Below, in pieces: positions 1 to 9,593 of a stretch of DNA of 54,530 bases. The notes under the pieces are model-generated. The model did not search any database. It was not told where the DNA came from and was given only the letters and a program-made list of their open reading frames with translations. This stretch comes from Nanobdellota archaeon (GTDB lineage Archaea; Nanobdellota; Nanobdellia; Pacearchaeales; GW2011-AR1). The stretch covers positions 1 through 54,530 of the forward strand of contig JBBSYF010000015.1 in the NCBI GenBank assembly GCA_038045405.1, written 5' to 3'. The position numbers were made by a program, and so were the translations under genes. Each line of letters begins with the position of its first letter. The first letter of the stretch is position 1.

Positions 1-107
1 TTCACCTGCGAACTAATTTTCGGTGCTAGTGACATATGTCTGTTGCTTGCACACTTAGTTGTCAATTAGTAAAACTTAAAAACTCCTATTTCTCTTGATT
101 TTTGTAA

Positions 108-383
108 GTCGGGTAGTTAACTTCGCGACATTGCTCTTAAACGGGCGAGAAATCCAAAAAATGATTTCTATGTCGTGAGGAAGGTCCGCCCACCACATTA
201 AGGTTGTCTTTCGAAAGGAAGATTTTCGCGAGGGAAAGCTCCAGAACAGAAACGATCCTATTAAGTTAGGCTGAAACGGCTGTCTCAACCGGTGCAAGGC
301 TTTAAGCCGCTTAGTTGAATGTTAACACGTTCGGTTCGTCCAGAAATGGAACGACGAACGACAGAAGGTGGCCTATTCCCGAC
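108..383 (+). ncRNA. rnpB: RNase P RNA, compact archaeal form (~276 nt)
   Basis: CR-I-like GAGGAAGGTCCGCCC at 177-191, ACAGAAA at 246-252, CR-V-like ACAGAAGGTGGCCTAT at 361-376. The P4 strands pair with a bulged U. The P1 helix pairs GTCGGGTAG (108-116) with CTATTCCCGAC (373-383). Track ORFs here are short and lack support. Confidence 0.7.
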
Positions 384-446
384 TTACACTTTTCTTTTTA
401 GAGCTACTTTTAACAACCTTTAAAAAACGCATATCATTATGTTTTT

Positions 447-518
447 GGGGATATAGCTCAGCGGGAGAGCACACGACTGAAGCTCGTGGTGTGGAGGGTT
501 CGACTCCCTCTATCCCCA
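447..518 (+). tRNA. tRNA-Phe (anticodon GAA), no encoded CCA, no intron
   Basis: A 72-nt cloverleaf folded by hand. Acceptor GGGGATA/TATCCCC, D arm GCTC/GAGC, anticodon stem CACGA/TCGTG with loop CTGAAGC, T arm GAGGG-TTCGACT-CCCTC, discriminator A. Confidence 0.93.
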
Positions 519-538
519 TTTCTCAAAGTCACTTAGAA

Positions 539-1165
539 TTATTTTTCTTCTTTAACCTTGTCTATGATTAGACCAATTATTCCCCAAACTACTGCGCATG
601 TTAGAATAACGCTCAAGAAGCTAAGAGGTATAAGGACATATTGAGAAGAAAAAGATAAAAAGTTTCTGGCTAAAGTGTTCAAGAAAAAAACCGAATTAAC
701 TATTGTCTCAAAGCTGTTACAAACGAACATTTTTGATGAATCATTACTAAAGGCACAGCTCATACCGTTTATAAAAAAGAGGGCATAAGCTTGTAAAGTG
801 ATTATGACTCCGCTAATAGACCCTCTAACCCAATAGGAATTATTTCTTAGTTTGTAATCAACTAAGCAGATTAACGTCGCAGTAACCACAAACATTACTA
901 AAACAAATGGATAAAAGATTATTGTTAAGAGATACATATAAATTAAAAATGCTAATGCTACACCAATTACAATCTTGATTAAGAGTGTAAACTTTAGATT
1001 ACTTTTGTTTAATTTCGAGTTAGCAAATATTAAAATTAGAATGGCTAAAGGAATTAGAAAAGATTTGGCTAAAGAGTAACCTATTGTAATCAAAGTCACT
1101 ATCAATCCGACAAAAAGTCCGCCAGACAACCATTCATTCAAGTGCGAATCTTCTTTCCAACCCAT
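539..1165 (-). CDS. polytopic membrane protein, unknown function
   Basis: 208-aa ORF made almost entirely of hydrophobic helices. No motif recognised. Confidence 0.55.
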   Translation of the reverse strand: MGWKEDSHLNEWLSGGLFVGLIVTLITIGYSLAKSFLIPLAILILIFANSKLNKSNLKFTLLIKIVIGVALAFLIYMYLLTIIFYPFVLVMFVVTATLICLVDYKLRNNSYWVRGSISGVIITLQAYALFFINGMSCAFSNDSSKMFVCNSFETIVNSVFFLNTLARNFLSFSSQYVLIPLSFLSVILTCAVVWGIIGLIIDKVKEEK

Positions 1166-1232
1166 TTTAGGATAAGATTAATCTTCTTTAAAAACATTTA
1201 TAAAAGTAAAACTGCTATTTCAAATATAAAAG

Positions 1233-1502
1233 ATGGCCGATAAAATTGACTTCGCAACAGTAAGCTATGTTCTTGGAGTTTTGAGTATAGTTTTTGCTAT
1301 TACTACATCACCCCCACTTGCAGGATTGATTCTAGGATTAATTGGATTAACTCAAAGTAAAAAACATGGAGTTTCGAAAGCTAAGAAACTTAACATTATA
1401 GGAATAGTTCTAAGTATCATATTCTTTGTAATATGGATTGTAGCATTGGTTTATGCCGTAAACAGCGGGTTAGGATTGGGCACAGGATTCCCTTCAGTAT
1501 AA
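1233..1502 (+). CDS. small integral membrane protein (DUF4190-like)
   Basis: 89 aa with two hydrophobic helices separated by a basic loop (TQSKKHGVSKAKK). Confidence 0.55.
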   Translation: MADKIDFATVSYVLGVLSIVFAITTSPPLAGLILGLIGLTQSKKHGVSKAKKLNIIGIVLSIIFFVIWIVALVYAVNSGLGLGTGFPSV

Positions 1503-1503
1503 A

Positions 1504-2070
1504 ATGATATCAATGAAAAATAAGAAAGCAGCGATGGAAATGTCTGTTGGAACAATCGTAACGATTGTTCTTCTTATGACTGTTTTAATTCTTGGTTTGG
1601 TTATGATAAGAACAATTTTCAAAGGTTCTATCGAAAACATAAATGGAATTGATACTGCGGTTAAGGACCAAATAAACAAATTGTTCTCAGAAGATACTTC
1701 GAGACAGATTGTAGTTTACCCAACTTCAAGATATGTAACAATTAAGAAGGGGGAGGACAACCTTGGATTCGGATTTTCAATAAGAAACGTTGGTGAAACT
1801 GAAGACAGCTTTACATACGATGTTTCTGCAGTTGAAGCAAGTTGTGGTATGAACTTGGATATTGCAGATAAATTTATTACTCTTGGAAAAACGAGGGCTT
1901 CTCCAGGAATAACTCTTCCTCCAGGAAGTTTCATGGATGATCCAGTATTTGTAAGGTTCTCTATTCCCCAAACAGCACCTCCATGTAAAATAAGATATGC
2001 CGTAGCAGTTTCAGACGCTACAGGGATTTACTCTACTATTGACGTTGACCTTGAGATAAAGTCGGCTTAA
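1504..2070 (+). CDS. type IV prepilin-like protein (class III signal peptide)
   Basis: N-terminus MKNKKA|AMEMSVGTIVTIVLLMTVLILGLV: basic stretch, small residue, then a hydrophobic helix. The AMEMS[VF]G motif is shared with the ORF at 37138. Confidence 0.6.
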   Translation: MISMKNKKAAMEMSVGTIVTIVLLMTVLILGLVMIRTIFKGSIENINGIDTAVKDQINKLFSEDTSRQIVVYPTSRYVTIKKGEDNLGFGFSIRNVGETEDSFTYDVSAVEASCGMNLDIADKFITLGKTRASPGITLPPGSFMDDPVFVRFSIPQTAPPCKIRYAVAVSDATGIYSTIDVDLEIKSA

Positions 2071-2115
2071 ATAAGATTAACTTAAATTTTTAAATTACTC
2101 TTTCTTTGATTAATT

Positions 2116-3555
2116 ATGCCTGAGAAACTTAAGCTCTATAACACTTTATCAAGGAAAAAAGAGGTTTTCAAACCGTTGAAAGAGGGTGCGATAAACATGT
2201 TTGTTTGTGGGCCCACAGTTTGGAATTACATTCATCTTGGAAATGCAAAAACATATATCCAGTTTGACGTAATTGCAAGGTATTTGAGAGCTGCTGGATA
2301 CAAAGTTTTCTATTTGCAAAATGTGACGGATATAGATGACAAAATAATAAACAAAGCGAAAGATGACGGGGTTAGCTGGAAAGAAATAAAAGACAAATAC
2401 GAAAAATTTTATTTGGAAGATGTGGAAAGATTGGGAATAAATTCTGTGAATAAATATGCGAGAGCAACAGATTATATCTCGGAAATAATATCACAAGTTA
2501 AGAGGTTGATAAAAAAAGGGTATGCTTACAAAATTTCTGATGGATGGTACTTCGATTTAAGTAAAGATAAAGATTATGGAAAGTTGGCTGGGAGAACGGA
2601 ACTTGGAATAGAAGATGCTGTTTCAAGAATAGATGAAAACAAAGAGAAAAGAAACAGAGGAGATTTTTGTTTATGGAAGTTTTCAAAACCAGAAGAGCCA
2701 ACGTGGAAGTCAGATATCGGAGATGGTAGGCCGGGATGGCATATAGAAGACACTGCAATCACTGAAAAAGAGTTTGGTTCGCAGTATGATATTCACGGAG
2801 GAGGAATGGACCTTATTTTTCCACATCACGAAGCAGAGATTGCGCAAATGGAATCGATATCTGGAAAGAAACCATTAGTAAGATGCTGGTTGCATACGGG
2901 ATTTTTAGAAATAAACGCAGAAAAAATGGGGAAGTCAAAAAAGAACTTTTACACGATAAAAGAAGTTTTAGAAAAAGGATACTCACCAGAGCATATCAGA
3001 TATTTCTTCCTCTCAGGACATTATAGGAAACCATTAAATTTCACGTGGGAAAGCTTGGATGCTTCAAAGAATGCTTATGAAAAATTAAAGAATATTTTAC
3101 ATGTGCTTAGTGGTTCGGATGAGAAGAAAAGTAACAAGAACATCGACGCGGCTTACAAACAATTTTTAGAAATAATAAATGATGACTTAAACATGCCTCG
3201 TGGCCTATCTTTTATGTGGGATCTTCTTAGAGATGAAAAATTGAACGATGCTGAAAAATATGAACTTGTTTTAAAATTTGATAAAGTTTTTGGACTTGAA
3301 TTAGGTAAGGAAGATAATAAAGTCTATAATATTCATTTTAAAGACCAAGTAGGAATAAAAGATAGTTTTAAATTATTAATTCCAAAAAATATTTCAAAAG
3401 ATTTTCCTAAAAAAGTTTTTGATCTGGCTTATAAGAGGGAAGAATATAGGGTGAAAAAAGACTTTGTAACAGCAGATAAGTATCGAGAAAAAATTAATAA
3501 ACTAGGGTTTGTTGTTGAAGATAAAGAGAAAGGTTTTTCGATAAAAAAGAAATGA
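2116..3555 (+). CDS. cysS: cysteinyl-tRNA synthetase
   Basis: Class I motifs: HIGH variant (IHLGNAKTY) and KMSKS variant (KMGKSKKN). WHIEDTA and GGMDLIFPHHEAEIAQ are typical of CysRS. Confidence 0.95.
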   Translation: MPEKLKLYNTLSRKKEVFKPLKEGAINMFVCGPTVWNYIHLGNAKTYIQFDVIARYLRAAGYKVFYLQNVTDIDDKIINKAKDDGVSWKEIKDKYEKFYLEDVERLGINSVNKYARATDYISEIISQVKRLIKKGYAYKISDGWYFDLSKDKDYGKLAGRTELGIEDAVSRIDENKEKRNRGDFCLWKFSKPEEPTWKSDIGDGRPGWHIEDTAITEKEFGSQYDIHGGGMDLIFPHHEAEIAQMESISGKKPLVRCWLHTGFLEINAEKMGKSKKNFYTIKEVLEKGYSPEHIRYFFLSGHYRKPLNFTWESLDASKNAYEKLKNILHVLSGSDEKKSNKNIDAAYKQFLEIINDDLNMPRGLSFMWDLLRDEKLNDAEKYELVLKFDKVFGLELGKEDNKVYNIHFKDQVGIKDSFKLLIPKNISKDFPKKVFDLAYKREEYRVKKDFVTADKYREKINKLGFVVEDKEKGFSIKKK

Positions 3556-4061
3556 AATTTTTGTGGATGAGTATATTTTTAGATTTAATCTTCTTTGCAA
3601 TTATAATTATTGGAATAATCTTTGGGGGAGAATTTTTTACGGCCAATTGGATACCTGTCTCTATTGCTCTTTTTTTATTTTTTATTAAAGATATAATTAT
3701 CTATTCTCACGAAAGACAATATAAAAAGAATACACCATATGAGAAATATAAAATTAAGAAGGGTATTTTTGTAAGAGCTTTAACTGGGCTCTTAGCAGGA
3801 TTACATTATTTTTTCTTTATTGGGAGTTATAGTCATAGAAAGTATAATACCCAGGTATACAATCCAAGAACGCTAGAATGTTTTTTTGGTAATATATCAG
3901 TTTTCTTAATCTTGATAGTTTACGTATTTATTGGAATAGGGCTTTTCAAAGTAATGAGCTATTATTTTTTAATATTAATGATTATTCCAATAATAACAAA
4001 TATTATAAGTATTGAAATAAATAAAATAAATAAAAAGAGGAAAAATGGTAAAAAAAGTTGA
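3552..4061 (+). CDS. membrane protein, unknown function
   Basis: 169-aa hydrophobic ORF. It overlaps the cysS stop by 4 nt and the RuBisCO start by 17 nt. Confidence 0.5.
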   Translation: MKFLWMSIFLDLIFFAIIIIGIIFGGEFFTANWIPVSIALFLFFIKDIIIYSHERQYKKNTPYEKYKIKKGIFVRALTGLLAGLHYFFFIGSYSHRKYNTQVYNPRTLECFFGNISVFLILIVYVFIGIGLFKVMSYYFLILMIIPIITNIISIEINKINKKRKNGKKS

Positions 4062-5343
4062 GTGGTATGAAGAATTTGTAGATTTGAGTTACAAACCTAA
4101 AAGAAGTGATTTGAAAGTTTTGTTCTACTTTGAGCCTGCTGAAGGGATTTCTGCAAAAGAAGCAATAGGAAGAATTGCATCGGAGAGCAGTACAGGAACA
4201 TGGACAACTTTATTCAAAATGCCCCCTAGAATGAAGGGTCTTATGGCTACTGCATACAAAATTGAAGGAAATTATGTTTATGTTGCTTATCCGATAGAAC
4301 TTTGGGAAAAGGGAAATGCCCCACAGCTTCTTTCCGGGATTGCGGGAAATATTTTTGGAATGAAAGCTTTGAAAAACTTGAGGCTTGTTGATGTTTCTCT
4401 GCCTGAAGAATACATAAAAAGTTTCTCCGGACCAAATTTAGGAATCCAAGGATTAAGAAAATATTTCAAAGTTTATGACAGACCTTTAACTGGAGCTGTT
4501 CCAAAACCAAAAGTAGGTTTTTCAGCAGAAGAGCATGCAAAGATAGGATACGAAACATGGCTTGGTGGTTTCGATTTGGTTAAAGACGATGAAAATCTTT
4601 CTAGTCAAAGCTTCAATAATTTTCAAAAGAGAGTTGAGTTAATGACCAAATTTAGAGATAAAGCAGAGAAAGAAACTGGAGAAATAAAGGATGCTCTGTT
4701 GAACATCACTTCAGAAACAAGAGAGATGGAAAGAAGAGCAAAGATTTTACATGACAAAGGATGGAAATATGCAATGATTGATGTTGTTGTTTGCGGAGAT
4801 TCTGCGGTACAAACTTTGAGAAAAACTTTAGGAGATTATGGAATGGCAATACACGCGCATAGAGCAATGCATGCTTCTTACGACAGAAATCCAAAACATG
4901 GAATGTCTATGCAGTTCTTGGCAAAAAGAATGAGGATGATTGGCGTTGACCAAATTCACGCGGGAACTGCTGTAGGAAAGCTTGTTGGTTCAAAAGAAGA
5001 AGTTCAATCAATTGCTTCTGTTTTAAGAGAGAAAGAAGTTAAAGCAAAAAAAGGATTTTTACTCGAACAAAGTTGGGGGAATACAAAGCCAGCATTTCCT
5101 GTTTCTTCTGGAGGTTTACATCCAGGTTTAGTTCCAGATGAAATGAATATCTATGGAAAAGATATTGTTCTTCTTGTTTCTGGAGGAATTCATGGACATC
5201 CAAGGGGAACGAGGGCGGGAGCAAAAGCAACAATGCAAGCTTTAGAAGCAACAAAAAGAAAAATCAAACTTGAAGAATACGCCAAGACACATGTAGAGTT
5301 AAGAGATGCTTTGGAAAAGTGGGGGAGACTAAAACCAAGGTAA
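4045..5343 (+). CDS. rbcL: ribulose-1,5-bisphosphate carboxylase large subunit, form III-like
   Basis: STGTWTT, GNIFGMKALKNLRLVD, GGFDLVKDDENL (carbamylated Lys motif), HAHRAMHA, SSGGLHPG, SGGIHGHP. No small subunit gene is adjacent. Confidence 0.92.
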   Translation: MVKKVEWYEEFVDLSYKPKRSDLKVLFYFEPAEGISAKEAIGRIASESSTGTWTTLFKMPPRMKGLMATAYKIEGNYVYVAYPIELWEKGNAPQLLSGIAGNIFGMKALKNLRLVDVSLPEEYIKSFSGPNLGIQGLRKYFKVYDRPLTGAVPKPKVGFSAEEHAKIGYETWLGGFDLVKDDENLSSQSFNNFQKRVELMTKFRDKAEKETGEIKDALLNITSETREMERRAKILHDKGWKYAMIDVVVCGDSAVQTLRKTLGDYGMAIHAHRAMHASYDRNPKHGMSMQFLAKRMRMIGVDQIHAGTAVGKLVGSKEEVQSIASVLREKEVKAKKGFLLEQSWGNTKPAFPVSSGGLHPGLVPDEMNIYGKDIVLLVSGGIHGHPRGTRAGAKATMQALEATKRKIKLEEYAKTHVELRDALEKWGRLKPR

Positions 5344-5357
5344 AGGAAAAATAAAAA

Positions 5358-5627
5358 ATGAAACAAGTTATAGAATCAGCAAAAAAGTTCAATTCGGAAT
5401 TGAAAAAGTCAATTAATGTTGCAATCGTCGGTGCGTTTGGACTTATTATTGCCTTGGCTTGGAAAGATGTAATAACAGAGTACATGGATAAGATAGCGGG
5501 ATTCAGTCCTGTTCAAGGTAAAGTTGTAAGCGCCTTAATCATCACAATAATTTCTGTTCTAGGTATTATGATAGTGACGAAGTTAGTTCAAGAAAAAGAA
5601 CCGGAAAAGAAAGAAGAGCCAAAATGA
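5358..5627 (+). CDS. small membrane protein, unknown function
   Basis: 89 aa with two hydrophobic segments and a KE-rich tail. It overlaps the next gene by 4 nt. Confidence 0.5.
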   Translation: MKQVIESAKKFNSELKKSINVAIVGAFGLIIALAWKDVITEYMDKIAGFSPVQGKVVSALIITIISVLGIMIVTKLVQEKEPEKKEEPK

Positions 5628-6055
5628 AGTATAGAAAAGCTGTATTTATTGTTGCATATTCTAAAACAAAAGATAAGGTAGAATATCTTCTCCTGAAAAG
5701 AAAGTTACATTGGAAAGGATGGGAATTTCCAAAGGGAAAGATAGAATCTGGCGAGAGCAAAATTGAAACAGCAAAGAGAGAATTAAAAGAAGAAACTGGT
5801 TTGGAATCAGTTAAGATTAAAAAATTTAATTTTTCTGGAAAGTACAAATACAAAAAAATCTTGTCAGACAGACCAGATTTCTCAGGGCAAACTTTCTCTC
5901 TTTATGCAGCAGAAGTTAAAAAAGGTAAGGTTAGCCTCGACAAAAAAGAACATTCTGGACACAAATGGTTTGATTTTAAAAAAGCCGAGAAAACTTTAAC
6001 TTGGCCAAACCAAAAAAGGTCTTTGAAAATTGTGAATCAGTGGTTAGAAGATTGA
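5624..6055 (+). CDS. NUDIX hydrolase
   Basis: Nudix box GWEFPKGKIESGESKIETAKRELKEETGL (GX5EX7REUXEEXGU). Confidence 0.85.
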   Translation: MKYRKAVFIVAYSKTKDKVEYLLLKRKLHWKGWEFPKGKIESGESKIETAKRELKEETGLESVKIKKFNFSGKYKYKKILSDRPDFSGQTFSLYAAEVKKGKVSLDKKEHSGHKWFDFKKAEKTLTWPNQKRSLKIVNQWLED

Positions 6056-6059
6056 TAAA

Positions 6060-7193
6060 TTAAAAGAAGAATCTCATGAGGCTTGATATTGGCCCGCCGT
6101 ATCTGAAAAGCTCCGTGGAGGATTCTGTAAAGAATATTAGCAGTGAGAAAAGAATTACAACACCGACGTGATGGTAAATCTCACGTTCAAGAATAACTTT
6201 GGCAACCCCATTTTTCTTATCTACTTTGTCATAGTTTTTTGCATCGAATGGGATGTGCATAGTCATGTTTGACATTCCGTAGAAAGCATCAGTCACAAAA
6301 ACTTGCATCGGAGTCACAATAAAAGATCTGGCTATCCAGACTATTGAGTTAAATACAGAACCTGTTTTAAGAACTGCTGTTCTACGCATGTCTGAAAATT
6401 TCCCAATGAAGAGTGTTGAGATAAAAGCTACACCAGTTGCTAAAGATGAAACGATTCCTAGTGAAGTATACTTCTCACCAAAAATGAAAATGAAAACAAA
6501 AAGTGGCCAAACAATTCCACTCATCTTATTTTCTATTCCATGTCCCAAGAAACTTAGAACATCTTTTGCTTTCTGTCCTTCGAAAAAGCCCCGCAAAGAA
6601 CACCCGACAGGTTCGTGAACTTCTTCAGAAAAGAATAAAGGTATTATTGAAACAAATAAGAGAGCTGAGACAGTTATAAACAACATTTTGAAACCAACAA
6701 GAGTTAGAAGGACTGCACCTAAAATTGGTCCAGCAATGCTAAAGAGAGACGCAACTATTCCAGAAAAACCTATTTGTTTACAACGATTTTTTCTGTCAGT
6801 GAATTTTGCAAAATCTATATGATAAGGAATCCAGAATAAAGCAGTGCTTAAACCTGCGAAGATAGAAAGAACTGGCAAGGGCCAATTAAAAGTATCAAGC
6901 GAGTAAAGGAGAAAGAAAAAAAGAATTAAGAATGGAACAGAAAAAAGCATTGAGTGCTTTATCCCGTATCTTGATGAAATTTTTGCAGCAGGTATTGAGA
7001 AAGTTATGTGTGATAAACTTTGGATTATATAAAAAAGAAAGATTGCCGTTAAAGAATAGCCCTTAGTGTAAAAGTAAATTGGAATAAAAACCCCAATAAG
7101 AGCAAGTGCAAAAGACCTTATTGAAATACTGACGTACATTTCGTTAAGTTCCCTATTTTTAAAGAAATGAAAGAAATGTCCTGTAGTGTGCAT
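6060..7193 (-). CDS. MFS-type transporter
   Basis: 377 aa with about 10-12 TM helices and loop motifs typical of the major facilitator fold (FSDMRRT after TM). Confidence 0.65.
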   Translation of the reverse strand: MHTTGHFFHFFKNRELNEMYVSISIRSFALALIGVFIPIYFYTKGYSLTAIFLFYIIQSLSHITFSIPAAKISSRYGIKHSMLFSVPFLILFFFLLYSLDTFNWPLPVLSIFAGLSTALFWIPYHIDFAKFTDRKNRCKQIGFSGIVASLFSIAGPILGAVLLTLVGFKMLFITVSALLFVSIIPLFFSEEVHEPVGCSLRGFFEGQKAKDVLSFLGHGIENKMSGIVWPLFVFIFIFGEKYTSLGIVSSLATGVAFISTLFIGKFSDMRRTAVLKTGSVFNSIVWIARSFIVTPMQVFVTDAFYGMSNMTMHIPFDAKNYDKVDKKNGVAKVILEREIYHHVGVVILFSLLIFFTESSTELFRYGGPISSLMRFFF

Positions 7194-7265
7194 TCGTTAA
7201 ATACTGCAATCTCGTTAATAAAAGTTTCTAGCAAATTATAAAAAGATGGTTTCATTTTTGGTTAG

Positions 7266-7634
7266 ATGAAGTACAGACAGATAGTTTTAGAATCTGGAAC
7301 AAAGTTCTTTCTGGGAAAAGATGCAGAAAGCAACGACGAGTTGATGAAAAAGTTCAGAGGCAAAGAGAACACTATTCTTCACACGGTTGCTCCGGGAAGC
7401 CCTTTTTGTGTGATTGAAGAAATGGAACCAACAGAAAAAGATATTCATGCCGCAGGAGTTCTTTGCGCTAGGTATAGCCAAGATTGGAGAAATAACAAAG
7501 GGGATGTTTCTGTCAATGTTTTTACGGGAAAAGATGTATCCAAGGGGAAGGCAGACAAACCTGGAACGTGGAAAGTTAAAAAATCTAAAGTGATTAAGAT
7601 TAAAAAGGAAGATATTTTGAAACTAATAACTTAA
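7266..7634 (+). CDS. NFACT-R_1/DUF814 domain protein
   Basis: LGKDAESNDELMKKF...ILHTVAPGSPFCVIEE resembles the DUF814 core (GKNAxxND...H..xxGSxHVVI). Confidence 0.55.
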   Translation: MKYRQIVLESGTKFFLGKDAESNDELMKKFRGKENTILHTVAPGSPFCVIEEMEPTEKDIHAAGVLCARYSQDWRNNKGDVSVNVFTGKDVSKGKADKPGTWKVKKSKVIKIKKEDILKLIT

Positions 7635-7635
7635 A

Positions 7636-7881
7636 ATGACACAAAGTCAGATGCACTTAGGCAAGAACGGAATAACGGATACTTTTATCAAAACTCTTAG
7701 TGGACACTTCAAAACTCACGAAAATGTTAAGGTTTCAGTTCTAAAGAGTGCAACAAGGGATAAAGCAGAAATGAAGAGGCTTTCTGAAGCGATACTTGAA
7801 GCTCTCGGGAAAAATTACACTGCGAAATTGTTAGGATTCACTATCTTTCTGAAGAAATGGCGAAGAGATATGCGAGAATAA
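7636..7881 (+). CDS. YhbY/CRM-domain RNA-binding protein
   Basis: LGKNGITDTFIKTL...HENVKVSVLKS matches the CRS1/YhbY pattern. Confidence 0.6.
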   Translation: MTQSQMHLGKNGITDTFIKTLSGHFKTHENVKVSVLKSATRDKAEMKRLSEAILEALGKNYTAKLLGFTIFLKKWRRDMRE

Positions 7882-7925
7882 GATATATTGTGAATGAGAG
7901 AAAATAATAAAAAGCGCTAGAATAA

Positions 7926-9509
7926 ATGTTTCTTATGGATATTCAACAAAGACTTTCAAAACTAAGGTTCTTTGATGTAAAACCTGATTTTTCTTCTCTT
8001 AGCGATGATGAAAAGAAAGCTTTAGGATACTGCGTAGATGCTTCTAATATTATGACGGACATTTATTTAGATCAGGTTGGTAGTAATAACAGAAAAATAT
8101 ACAACCAACTTAGAGCAAGAGGAGACGCAGAAGGAAAAGATCTTTTGAAATATTTTTTAATCAATGGTTCTCCATGGGACAAGTTCGACGGTGATAAACC
8201 TTTCATTCCAGGTGTAGGGAAGAGACCGAAGTTCGGTTCTTTTTACCCTGTCGGATTAAAAGAAAGTGAATGGAATGATTGGTTGAAACAACATCCGGAA
8301 GATAGAGAAGAATTCGAAGACCATAACACAGTAATCAAACGGAGAAAAAACGGGTTGGTTGCAGTTGCTTATTCTGAAGAATACAAAGATAGACTGGACC
8401 AAGCTTCAGGAAACTTAAGGAGAGCAGCACACCATCTTCCCGAGGGGAAATTGAAAACGTTTTTAGAGTCTAGGGCAAATGCTTTTATTTCAAACGAATA
8501 CTTTAACAGCGATATGGCTTGGGTAGACACTGATGGAAATCCTTTTGAAGTAACAATTGGACCTTATGAAGTTTATTTTGATGAGCTTCTTGGTCTGAAA
8601 GCTTCCTTTGAATCTTTTGTCGCATTACCAGATAAAGATGCTACACAAGCTCTCGCTAAATTTGGACCTAAAGTTCCCGGCTTTGATAGAATGCTTAGCG
8701 AAGAATTTGACTTTAGCCCAAAAGGATCTGCCATTCCTTTAGAAGTAGTCTCTGATGTTATTCGGGGAGGAGAGGCTGCATTTGGATATTTGTTCGTAGC
8801 TTACAACCTTCCAAATGACAGGAAAGTTCACGATTTGAAAGGTTCGAAGAAAGTCTTTTCAAGAACAATGATGGAAGCAAAATTCAACACCGGTCTCTTG
8901 CCGACTGCGGAACGTGTTATTCATCCTCGTTATTTAGATAGTTGTACATTCGATAATAGATTACTATTTGTTTTGGGACATGAACTTGCACACGGACTGG
9001 GACCAAATAAAGTTAAAGTAGACGGCAGAGAGATTCCGTTTGAAACAGCCTTGAAAGATCTTCATTCATCTATTGAAGAAGCAAAAGCTGATGTTTTGGG
9101 TGTAAGGCTATTGGATCATTTTAGAAAAGAGGGGTTAATTGATGATAAAACTTTAGAGGGAATTTTGATAACAAATATTGCAGGATTTTTCCAGCAGTGG
9201 AATAAAGGTGTTACAGAGGCTTATGCAAGCGGAAATCTTGTGGAGTACAATTGGCTTAAAGAATCTGGAGCGTTGAGATATGACACAAAAACACAAAGAT
9301 ACGAGATCGACTTAGAGCCTTGCGTAGATTCAATGTCAAAACTAAGTACAGAGTTTTTGAAACTTCAAATGTCAGGTGATTACGAAAAAGCTAAGGCGTT
9401 TATGAACCAGTGGAGTTCAATTCCTCCAGAGATTCCAGAAGTAATAAGGAATATTTCAGACGTTCCGATGGGTGTCGTTCCTGTATGGGATTTGTCTGGA
9501 CTGAGATAA
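7926..9509 (+). CDS. zinc metallopeptidase, DPP III (M49)-like
   Basis: HELAHGLGP (HExxH) followed by EEAKADVLG, spaced as in M49-type zinc sites. No signal peptide. Confidence 0.55.
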   Translation: MFLMDIQQRLSKLRFFDVKPDFSSLSDDEKKALGYCVDASNIMTDIYLDQVGSNNRKIYNQLRARGDAEGKDLLKYFLINGSPWDKFDGDKPFIPGVGKRPKFGSFYPVGLKESEWNDWLKQHPEDREEFEDHNTVIKRRKNGLVAVAYSEEYKDRLDQASGNLRRAAHHLPEGKLKTFLESRANAFISNEYFNSDMAWVDTDGNPFEVTIGPYEVYFDELLGLKASFESFVALPDKDATQALAKFGPKVPGFDRMLSEEFDFSPKGSAIPLEVVSDVIRGGEAAFGYLFVAYNLPNDRKVHDLKGSKKVFSRTMMEAKFNTGLLPTAERVIHPRYLDSCTFDNRLLFVLGHELAHGLGPNKVKVDGREIPFETALKDLHSSIEEAKADVLGVRLLDHFRKEGLIDDKTLEGILITNIAGFFQQWNKGVTEAYASGNLVEYNWLKESGALRYDTKTQRYEIDLEPCVDSMSKLSTEFLKLQMSGDYEKAKAFMNQWSSIPPEIPEVIRNISDVPMGVVPVWDLSGLR

Positions 9510-9545
9510 ATTTATAAACCAATTTCTTCAAGTACAATTAGGCTA

Positions 9546-9562
9546 AATCGCCGAAGGCGATT
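9546..9562 (+). promoter_or_regulatory. perfect 7-bp hairpin in the leader of the r-protein genes
   Basis: AATCGCC-GAA-GGCGATT lies between a TATA-like ATTTATAAA (9510-9518) and the eS19 start codon. Confidence 0.3.
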
Positions 9563-9593
9563 CTAATCTCGCAAGAGATGCCTGAATAATAAA

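Noticed and set aside
76-571. Track ORFs 76-297 (-) and 368-571 (+).
   Set aside because: They overlap the RNase P RNA and tRNA-Phe. Their translations are low-complexity and there is no start context, so they are treated as non-coding.
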